From Candidatus Falkowbacteria bacterium HGW-Falkowbacteria-1 (GTDB lineage Bacteria; Patescibacteriota; Patescibacteriia; Patescibacteriales; UBA12465): DNA of 64,000 bases. The translations under genes and the position numbers were made by a program. Of the stretch, positions 47,540 through 54,735 are shown piece after piece (positions within the stretch are counted from its first letter, which is position 1; every line of letters begins with the position of its first letter). The stretch spans positions 134,908-198,907 of the forward strand of contig PHAI01000003.1 of NCBI GenBank assembly GCA_002840305.1, in the 5' to 3' direction. Below the pieces are notes generated by a model. It saw only the letters and a program-made list of their open reading frames with translations, searched no databases and was not told where the DNA came from.

Positions 47540-47566
47540 TTGCTTAACTTCGGAAAAGTTAAGCAA
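47540..47566. other. Perfect 11-bp stem hairpin in a GC-rich non-coding stretch
   Basis: TTGCTTAACTT (47540-47550), loop CGGAA, AAGTTAAGCAA (47556-47566). Confidence 0.6.
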
Positions 47567-47617
47567 ATATGACTCCGCTAGACTTGTTCCCCGGGCAAGC
47601 GTATGTTCTTGCTTGCT

Positions 47618-47926
47618 ATGGAGGACGATGACATTGAAGCGATCCTTGCGACCGCCAAAAACATAAGAATGCCACATCGACGCGGATCATTTAATCCGTT
47701 ATCTTCTCTTCCGGAACCGAAAGCCACGATCAAACAAGCAATCAAGGAACGAATCAGACTCTTGGCTGGTGCTTATATCTCACTGGCCGGATTTGTGGAG
47801 GATGACGATATCCGGTTTGCCGGGGATAATCCTAAGTCAAAGAAAACACGAGCGATATATCTCAAAGTGCTCGAGGATATGGAAACGGCCAAGAAAGAGA
47901 TGCGGGAGTTTAAGATTTTAGATTAA
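47618..47926 (+). CDS. Hypothetical protein
   Basis: 102 aa from ATG 47618 (MEDDDIEAIL...), or 107 aa from 47603. Convergent with the long minus-strand operon. No family recognised, so coding status is uncertain. Confidence 0.35.
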   Translation: MEDDDIEAILATAKNIRMPHRRGSFNPLSSLPEPKATIKQAIKERIRLLAGAYISLAGFVEDDDIRFAGDNPKSKKTRAIYLKVLEDMETAKKEMREFKILD

Positions 47927-48563
47927 GTCCAGCGTTCTCAAAAACCAGTGCAATCTGTTTCCGGAATTTTCCTTGCTGGCCTGTGGCTGGAAACGGGATA
48001 GTAATATCCTTATTGGCAACATTAAACCCTGCCGATTTAAGTGGCACCATCAGTAGTCGACAGATGTTCGCTTTCACTAGAATTATAGGCACCTTTTTAT
48101 CGGGAGTAAGGATATCCAAATCTTTCAGGAGTGATTTGTATCAGGCCATAATTGCACCGTCACGATATTTACCCTCTTTGTGGTGATTGACCGGAGTATA
48201 AGTTGCGTCAACGATAATAAATCCTTTTTTAGCGAATTCGACCAAACCGCTCGCCTTATCAATCGGCTTATAACCAATCAACTCCATCATTGCCTTAAAG
48301 AGTGGCTCGGTGGTTTCGCCTTCTGGATCATAAAAATATTTGCCTGATTTTGGCGGTGACTCCAAAATAAAAATTGTTTTGATATTTTCCGGCTTATACT
48401 TATTGCGTTTAGTAATATATTCTTTGTGCTGTTTTCTCTCTTCTGCATACTGGTCATACATCAATGCGGCCATCATGGACATCTCGTCCCTGATCTTCTC
48501 GACTTCCGCATCAGAAAGATTCGGATTATTTAAAAGTTTTTTTGCTCGTTCAATGCTTAACAT
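47910..48563 (-). pseudogene. Gene of unknown function interrupted by an in-frame TGA
   Basis: ORFs 48141-48563 and 47910-48119 are in the same frame. Reading through the TGA at 48141-48143 gives '...RDGAIMA*YKSLLKDLDILTPDKKVPIILV...'. TGA is a genuine stop elsewhere in this operon. Confidence 0.6.
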
Positions 48564-48701
48564 AAAATTGATGACTATTTTTCTTGCTTTGATTTTTTAT
48601 CACTGGATGACTTCTCTGGATCGGACAACGAAATTAGCAAATCCCAAAGCTGACGTACTCGGTCCTTCTTGTCAGGTGCTTCTTTATAAACCATTTCAAC
48701 C

Positions 48702-49340
48702 TTAAATTTTGGATTTCGTTTTTTTCTCATTTGTTTTATTTTGCTCAGCTACCCTCTGTTTGTAGTCCTCGGCCCATTTAGCAACCTGCTGATCATATTC
48801 CTCCGACTCGCTTGGTGGCACATCTTTATCAATCTTTAGAAACCGATAATTATCCTCCCTTAAGAAAACGGTAAAGTGTGGTTTGCCGGCGTCATTTAAA
48901 ATGACCCGAGCCTTAAGATCACCTTTACGAACAAGTGATCGAGCGGTGTTTTGATGGATACCAAACATATCCTTCAAGTCGTCGAATGAAAACCGTCTCG
49001 CTTTATTTCTACAAACCGAACTCGGAATGACTCCCTCTCTTAACGCTCTTTGGCAAAATTTACACTTATATCCAAATTTATCAAACCACGACTCCTGCAT
49101 AGACATATAAAGACCACAAAAATTGCATGTACCCCATTCAGCATTTATTGCCCATCCATCAGGCTCTTTTTCCAAACGCAGATGATCCTGTATATCCTTA
49201 AAGGCCATTTTTGACAGAGTGTCGTAATAACCAACTAGATTGAAAGCGGCATCGTGCAGTTCCTGATCATTAAGATCAGCATTAAAATCCTTTTTATAAA
49301 TTTGTCTTAATTCTTCAAGTCTTTCTTTGGAGATTTTCAT
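48702..49340 (-). CDS. Zn-ribbon plus excisionase/MerR-like HTH protein
   Basis: 'CNFC...CKFC' four-Cys ribbon, then 'FSFDDLKDMFGIHQNTARSLVRKGDLKARVI' HTH, and a basic C-terminal tail. Confidence 0.5.
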   Translation of the reverse strand: MKISKERLEELRQIYKKDFNADLNDQELHDAAFNLVGYYDTLSKMAFKDIQDHLRLEKEPDGWAINAEWGTCNFCGLYMSMQESWFDKFGYKCKFCQRALREGVIPSSVCRNKARRFSFDDLKDMFGIHQNTARSLVRKGDLKARVILNDAGKPHFTVFLREDNYRFLKIDKDVPPSESEEYDQQVAKWAEDYKQRVAEQNKTNEKKTKSKI

Positions 49341-49350
49341 AATTTACAAA

Positions 49351-49527
49351 TTATAGAAGTTCCTCGAGATCGACGGCGTCGTCTTCATCCATACCTAAAT
49401 CTTCCATTATTTCCTGAACACGCTCGGCCGTGTCTTTATCAAGATCATGACTTTCCATAAGCTCGACGACTTCCTCGTCCGGAGCTTCTTCTTGTTCGTT
49501 TTCTATTGGATTATTATCATCAGACAT
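49351..49527 (-). CDS. 58-aa extremely acidic protein; absent from the ORF track
   Basis: Hand translation gives MSDDNNPIENEQEEAPDEEVVELMESHDLDKDTAERVQEIMEDLGMDEDDAVDLEELL*. 25 of the 58 residues are D or E. It starts 2 nt after the upstream gene's stop. Confidence 0.6.
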   Translation of the reverse strand: MSDDNNPIENEQEEAPDEEVVELMESHDLDKDTAERVQEIMEDLGMDEDDAVDLEELL

Positions 49528-49529
49528 AA

Positions 49530-49835
49530 TTACTTCTTTTTATTTTGATATTCCAACAGTTTCTCGGCCGGTGAAATACCACCAAGAATTTTGTGTGGAA
49601 AATAATTCCAAGCGTCAGTTACTAGTTCGAGAACATTGCTTAATTCCGAAGCATCTCCGCCTCGATCAAACATGGCGACAACTTTCATCATGTCGTCGTT
49701 ATCTTCTTCGTGAAAAATAACATCTCGGATATGATCCAAAGTAAAATCGCTCTCGGTTTCTTTGAGCATATCCATGAGTTCCTGTTCAATCTCTTTCCGG
49801 CGTTCTAAAATTTGTTGTTTTGATTCGGTTTGCAT
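49530..49835 (-). CDS. 101-aa acidic protein of unknown function
   Basis: Acid-rich ORF. The C-terminal 'DAWNYFPHKILGGISPAEKLL' weakly recalls the 'W..P...LGG.SP' block of DUF2384 (Xre/MbcA/ParS-type antitoxin C-terminal domains). Confidence 0.5.
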   Translation of the reverse strand: MQTESKQQILERRKEIEQELMDMLKETESDFTLDHIRDVIFHEEDNDDMMKVVAMFDRGGDASELSNVLELVTDAWNYFPHKILGGISPAEKLLEYQNKKK

Positions 49836-49838
49836 AAT

Positions 49839-50897
49839 TTATTCAAGAATATCCTTGGACTTATAGAAGGGATTAAACAATACCCCTGTCATGGCACGCA
49901 TCATAGCTCTTTGCGTTGCAGTCACAAAAGCAATCGCCTTGCCATATTCACCATCTTTTATCATTTGTAGTATTTCTACTTTACTGTTTTTGAACTCATT
50001 AGACTCAAGAGTTCTTTTTAAGCTTTCAAGGATTTCTTCTTCCGTCTGATCTGGCATCGACCTGACTCCCTCGGCTAAAGAATTTGCATCTTCATTCGCG
50101 AGACAGATAGCCGAAATCTTTTTTGAAACCTCATCTGAAAATATAGCCCGAACACACTCAACCTGACCTTCATCAAGAAACCCTCCTGCCGGTGGACTGA
50201 AAGCAAACTTATCAAAAAGTGGTAAAGCTTGAAAAGACATGGGGAAATTTACCACAAAACCCATCGCCGTCAGACGAATTACCCTAAGTAATAATTCAGT
50301 ACCTGTCTGCATACCAGTCTCACTGAAACTAGTAATATTGCTATTTCTTAGTGAAGTGTGAGTATGCAAAGCACCCTGCGTATGCATAAAACCAGAAAGC
50401 TCTTTATACAAAGATTTAACCTCTTTATTCCAGTCCAGTTTTTCATCAAGTATCTTAAAGCCCGGGCTCTTTTCACCAAGTTTTTGAAGCATGTCGCCAA
50501 CTCCCGGGGTGTGATCTTTTCCGTTAAGCCATTTCTGAAAATTTTCCTTATCTTCATTTACGAAATTATAGAGAGCAAAAATATTTAATTCCAAAAAACT
50601 TCTTAGCGACCTGAAGCTGTCTTTGTAAAATCCCATCATCATCAACAAGATTGCTGAATCTAAATCCTGATCAGCTTCAAAAAATATATGATGCCATGGT
50701 TGAATTGTTTTAAATTCATCACCGGATCCTCCAAATATTGGGATTGCAAAAGATAATTGATTCAGGCCACCAAGAGCTTTATCTATATCGTTTTTAATTG
50801 AGCCATGCGACTCCAACCATGTCTTACTTGTCTCGACAGTAGATTCTAAACCTTTTGTTTGTTTTAAATAAATATCGAGCATATTTTTATAGTCCAA
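49839..50897 (-). CDS. 352-aa protein of unknown function (predicted mostly helical)
   Basis: Intact ORF lying 3 nt from both neighbours. 'GFYKDSFRSLRSFLELNIF' ... 'LYKELSGFMHTQG' is the only motif-like feature. No family that I can name. Confidence 0.55.
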   Translation of the reverse strand: MDYKNMLDIYLKQTKGLESTVETSKTWLESHGSIKNDIDKALGGLNQLSFAIPIFGGSGDEFKTIQPWHHIFFEADQDLDSAILLMMMGFYKDSFRSLRSFLELNIFALYNFVNEDKENFQKWLNGKDHTPGVGDMLQKLGEKSPGFKILDEKLDWNKEVKSLYKELSGFMHTQGALHTHTSLRNSNITSFSETGMQTGTELLLRVIRLTAMGFVVNFPMSFQALPLFDKFAFSPPAGGFLDEGQVECVRAIFSDEVSKKISAICLANEDANSLAEGVRSMPDQTEEEILESLKRTLESNEFKNSKVEILQMIKDGEYGKAIAFVTATQRAMMRAMTGVLFNPFYKSKDILE

Positions 50898-50900
50898 GCT

Positions 50901-52400
50901 TCATATACTTGTCGATCTTAAGACTCTCCAAATTTCAACCATCGCCAAAGTATCAAGGTGGCAATAATCTTTTAATGCTTGTATTTTCATATTTTTATCA
51001 TCCTCAGAATATTCCCCGGACACAATACGATTCCAAGTATCTGAAGCAGTCCCACCTTCTTGAATATGCATGTTTTTATACGAGAGATGTGGAACGAGGG
51101 CGGGTAAAACATATTTGATCGATGCACTGCCTTTGAATTCGGGATGGTCGTACATTGTTGTCTTACCGAAAAATGGAATCATTAAATCAACAACACGATC
51201 GTTAACATTTTGCATAAAGTCCTTATACTCAGACAAACGTTCGCCGAGCTGTTTATTAATGCCTTGCTCGAATTTTTGATTCCACACAATAACACTTCCT
51301 GTCTTCGGGAGATGTTTTTTTAATGCTTCTGAAAAATATTCGTCTGGACAGTCTTGGTCTGTATAAATAAAGTCATAATGGACAGACTCGCTTTCTGGAG
51401 ATTCAATCACATGGAGTGAAAACTGAAATGGAATCTGCTGGTATGGTCGATATCTATTATATTTTGGTATCGCAGAGGGGTATGTTTCGTAATCAAGAAA
51501 AGCTAGGGGGTATTTCATCGTCTCCAAAAATTCTGAAATGCCTTTTTTATCAATATACTCTTTGCCGGATTGTGCGGTATTTACTTGTCTTCGTTGGTTA
51601 TCAGATAATTCAAAATCATCCGGAACATCGTGGATATTAAAAATATTATTATCCACCAACTCCGTCAGTTTTTTCTTGTGGATTCGTGCAATCGCGTGAA
51701 CAGGATACTCCGGGAGATCTGAATTTGAATACCACGAAGTTGTGCAGTGAGAATTTCGTCCTTTTAATATACAATCACAATGTCCATGAGGCTCTTTTTC
51801 TTTAGACAACAGTTCGTGAGCACCTTCCATTTTTTGTCTGATATCCTCAAGGTTTTTATTTACTTGCTCGGTTAAATTTTCAATTAAAAATAATTCTTTC
51901 AAATTAATATCTCCAGTGCGGACATACTCTTTATTGAGTCTAATAAGATTGAGAGTTCCCACTTGAATACCTAAATCACTCAAAACATTTTTCTGGAAAG
52001 CCATGTCTATCAAATAATCTTCAGTCTTTCTTCCGCCATCTTCTTCGGAAGCTGTCGATGACTTTACCTCATATAGATCATAGATATTTGTATCTGAATT
52101 CCAAACAAAAATATCAGAAGCTGTAATGTATTTCTCGGTAGTAAAAACTGGCTGATAAATAACCGGCGTCTTGTCGGCCATAAGTTTATTTGTAAGTTCT
52201 GTGTCGTCGCGAGATTCAACAAACATCCCGTTGGGAAAAAGACCACGAGCAAGTTCGTCAATTTGATTGCCAGTATCAATGATATTTAATTCAAAAGAAG
52301 AAAGCTGTTTTTTCTTATATATTTCTGGTTTGTGAACTTTAAGCCAAGCATTCTTGGCACAATCAAGGCATATTAAAAAATTAGTTTTTGATAATTTCAT
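50901..52400 (-). CDS. DUF2779 family protein (Cas4/RecB-like Fe-S PD-(D/E)xK nuclease N-domain plus DnaQ-like C-domain)
   Basis: 'LSKTNFLICLDCAKNAWL' start, 'IYDLYEVKSS', Cys cluster 'HGHCDCILKGRNSHC', and C-terminal 'FLDYETYPSAIP...PYQQIPFQFSLHV'. Its ATG overlaps the HerA stop (ATGA). Confidence 0.65.
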   Translation of the reverse strand: MKLSKTNFLICLDCAKNAWLKVHKPEIYKKKQLSSFELNIIDTGNQIDELARGLFPNGMFVESRDDTELTNKLMADKTPVIYQPVFTTEKYITASDIFVWNSDTNIYDLYEVKSSTASEEDGGRKTEDYLIDMAFQKNVLSDLGIQVGTLNLIRLNKEYVRTGDINLKELFLIENLTEQVNKNLEDIRQKMEGAHELLSKEKEPHGHCDCILKGRNSHCTTSWYSNSDLPEYPVHAIARIHKKKLTELVDNNIFNIHDVPDDFELSDNQRRQVNTAQSGKEYIDKKGISEFLETMKYPLAFLDYETYPSAIPKYNRYRPYQQIPFQFSLHVIESPESESVHYDFIYTDQDCPDEYFSEALKKHLPKTGSVIVWNQKFEQGINKQLGERLSEYKDFMQNVNDRVVDLMIPFFGKTTMYDHPEFKGSASIKYVLPALVPHLSYKNMHIQEGGTASDTWNRIVSGEYSEDDKNMKIQALKDYCHLDTLAMVEIWRVLRSTSI

Positions 52401-54706
52401 ACATTGGATGGATTAAGAGGCGTTTGGGGAGTAATAATATTTTTTCTATCGTTGAGTTGAATGATGACAGGCTGTTTAAGCTTGAGCCCCTTACCAATAG
52501 CAATAGCATGTCTTTCCTCGAGAGTTGCAAGAGTATCGGCATAATCCTCCCCGATATAATTTTCCAAAAATCCCTTTCCCGTATCGTCAAAAACTCGTAA
52601 GGCAAAAATGGTATTACATTGATTGAGAATACTTTTACTAACATTTGCCGTTCTTTGTGTAATAACCAAAGAACCCAATCCATATTTTCTGCCTTGCAAA
52701 ATAACCTTGGCCGTTCCATTTGTAGCACTTTTATCACCCTCACTTGCAACTGAATTCCATTCAGGGATTAACGAGTGTGCTTCTTCAAAAACGAGTAATA
52801 CCTTTGCTTTCTTTTCATCAGCTAACGGAATTTTCATCAAAATCTTAAAAAGTTCTTCAGCAACAACTCTTGTTTTTTCCGCTTGAGTGAGATCGGTAGT
52901 ATTTACATTAAAACCAATTTTTTCACCCCTTGATGCCTTATGGTAGTCCACGTTATAAATACGGACTTGTTTAGTAGTTTCAAATTCCTTTGGATCTGGC
53001 ACATCGTCAGTACCAAAAAGAAACTGGCATAAATCTTTATGGATTGCTTCTTTATATTCGCTTACGTTTCCGCTCTTTTCTGGATTCTGCTTCTGTCCTT
53101 CGGTATGAATATACTCATACTTCGTGTTGATCGTATTAAAAGCATTTTCATCGTCAGAAGTTATTGCGGTCGTGGTCGGCAAATAGACTGGGAGTTCTCT
53201 TTTGTACTCATTGGTTATATCAATACATATCACTTTAATTTTCTCTTCAGCCACCCTTTTCATAAGCTCGTAAGCTAAACAAGATTTACCAATCCCAAGA
53301 ATACCTAAAATTGCAGTGTTATGAGTAACCAGCGAACTGATATCTTTTATCGGAATCTCTAAATCTGTATCCGGGAGGCGACCGATAGAATTTTGTGCAA
53401 TTTCTTTAATTCTAGCCTCAGAAACACTGCCAGAAAAAGCATAGAAAAGTGGGGAGAAAATTGAAGGCATCCATTTGCTCACGTCCAAATCTTTCGTGTC
53501 TTTTTTATACTTTCCTAGTTTTCTAGCGATGCCAATTATGAAGCCATGCCGGTCAAAATTCTCAAGGTGTTCTTCTTTCGCGTTGCCATTTATGACTTGA
53601 TAGAGAGTTTCTTGCCCATAGATTAAAGTCTTTAGAATTGCACCCTCGCTAATTTTTTGCTCAAGTTTATTAGCCTCTCTGACAATTGAGAAGTTAATTG
53701 TATTTATGTTTGAACCGCTTGATACATACCCTATAAATTGTTCTCTATCCTTGTACAGAGGATTACCCTCAATTTTTGTTTTTAGAGAGTCATCGAGTGT
53801 GGAAATATCTAAAAGGTATACTAAATTTTCTTTGGCGAAAACTGACTTTGACTCAGTTATCATCTTCTTGTCTTTCAGATTTATTTTGAGAATGTCACCG
53901 CCCTCGTCTTGCACGATGTATATGCTTAACCACCTTTTGTTTAAAAGATACTTCGTATCCACCACCATTCCGATCGATCCAACATTGACTGATGTCTCTA
54001 AGGCAACTAAATCGCCATATTTTACTGGCTTTGAGCTGTGCTTCGTGTAGTCAATTTCAACTTTATAAAGTAGTGGATTTTCACAACCGATCGCTTGCCC
54101 TAGCTCATCTCCAATTTTATTTCCTAAATAATTAACTAATTTAGAAACTCTTTCTACCGCCAATCCAATGACATCAAAGAATGTCAAACAAATCCAAAAA
54201 GTGATTATACCTATGAAGGCGATTATTTTCTCTGGCACTGCAAAATATGAGTAAGAAGCAGACAGATACACGACAGAAAAGATCACCTTCGATGCACCAA
54301 AACTTTCTACGAACCAATACAGGCTTTTGCTAATCTTTCGCCAAAAATCTGTTTTTGCATCTTTAAGAATAATAGTGATAATCCCAAGGATAAGGATTGC
54401 CACGGCATAATAGAAAATAAAAGTGTATCCAAAAAGAGCTTGCTTGTTCGACAGGCCGAATAATGCAATTAGAACGGCAGTTGAGTTTGCAATTGCATCT
54501 GACGGCTTCGTAAAAAATGGCTCGACGATATATGCACCCAAAATAATCATGAACGCACCAGAGTAAAACCAGATGCTGGAATCAATGTTCGTGTCCCATG
54601 CAAGATTTCCGATAGTGCCTCCAACTATTTTGAAAAGAGCAAAAAGAATAACGATGTATGAAAACGCTACGATTATTCTTTGGTTTTGTGAGAGATTTGT
54701 ATTCAT
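52397..54706 (-). CDS. Membrane-anchored HerA-like (DUF87, FtsK/HerA superfamily) ATPase
   Basis: About six N-terminal TM helices (aa 10-200) and a beta-rich middle region. Walker A 'AILGILGIGKSCLAYEL', Walker B 'VLLVFEEAHSLIP', and the HerA block 'GLGSLVITQRTANVSKSILNQCNTIFALRVFDD'. Confidence 0.7.
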   Translation of the reverse strand: MNTNLSQNQRIIVAFSYIVILFALFKIVGGTIGNLAWDTNIDSSIWFYSGAFMIILGAYIVEPFFTKPSDAIANSTAVLIALFGLSNKQALFGYTFIFYYAVAILILGIITIILKDAKTDFWRKISKSLYWFVESFGASKVIFSVVYLSASYSYFAVPEKIIAFIGIITFWICLTFFDVIGLAVERVSKLVNYLGNKIGDELGQAIGCENPLLYKVEIDYTKHSSKPVKYGDLVALETSVNVGSIGMVVDTKYLLNKRWLSIYIVQDEGGDILKINLKDKKMITESKSVFAKENLVYLLDISTLDDSLKTKIEGNPLYKDREQFIGYVSSGSNINTINFSIVREANKLEQKISEGAILKTLIYGQETLYQVINGNAKEEHLENFDRHGFIIGIARKLGKYKKDTKDLDVSKWMPSIFSPLFYAFSGSVSEARIKEIAQNSIGRLPDTDLEIPIKDISSLVTHNTAILGILGIGKSCLAYELMKRVAEEKIKVICIDITNEYKRELPVYLPTTTAITSDDENAFNTINTKYEYIHTEGQKQNPEKSGNVSEYKEAIHKDLCQFLFGTDDVPDPKEFETTKQVRIYNVDYHKASRGEKIGFNVNTTDLTQAEKTRVVAEELFKILMKIPLADEKKAKVLLVFEEAHSLIPEWNSVASEGDKSATNGTAKVILQGRKYGLGSLVITQRTANVSKSILNQCNTIFALRVFDDTGKGFLENYIGEDYADTLATLEERHAIAIGKGLKLKQPVIIQLNDRKNIITPQTPLNPSNV

Positions 54707-54735
54707 TCTCTTTTTTTATATCGCTTTTCAATGAG

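Noticed and set aside
47399-47677. 92-aa minus-strand ORF 'MWHSYVFGGRKDRF...'
   Set aside because: No start context and odd composition. It spans hairpin-rich GC-rich sequence where stops are simply rare, and it overlaps the start of the plus-strand ORF at 47603. It is treated as non-coding, though this is uncertain.
48141-48143. In-frame TGA considered as evidence of an alternative genetic code (TGA = Gly or Trp) in the host or element
   Set aside because: TGA terminates the HerA-like (52397) and DUF2779 (50901) genes in the same operon. All long host ORFs are intact under the standard code. A nonsense mutation is more parsimonious.
47983-48705. Plus-strand ORFs 47983-48186 and 48340-48705
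   Set aside because: They are antisense to the TGA-disrupted gene, with no supporting signals.
50348-54050. Alternate-frame or antisense ORFs within the defence operon (for example 50348-50557, 50358-50588, 51070-51279, 51416-51640, 52064-52279, 52381-52749, 52623-52886, 53039-53278, 53706-54050)
   Set aside because: All are nested in or antisense to longer ORFs with clear domain motifs. None has independent signals.
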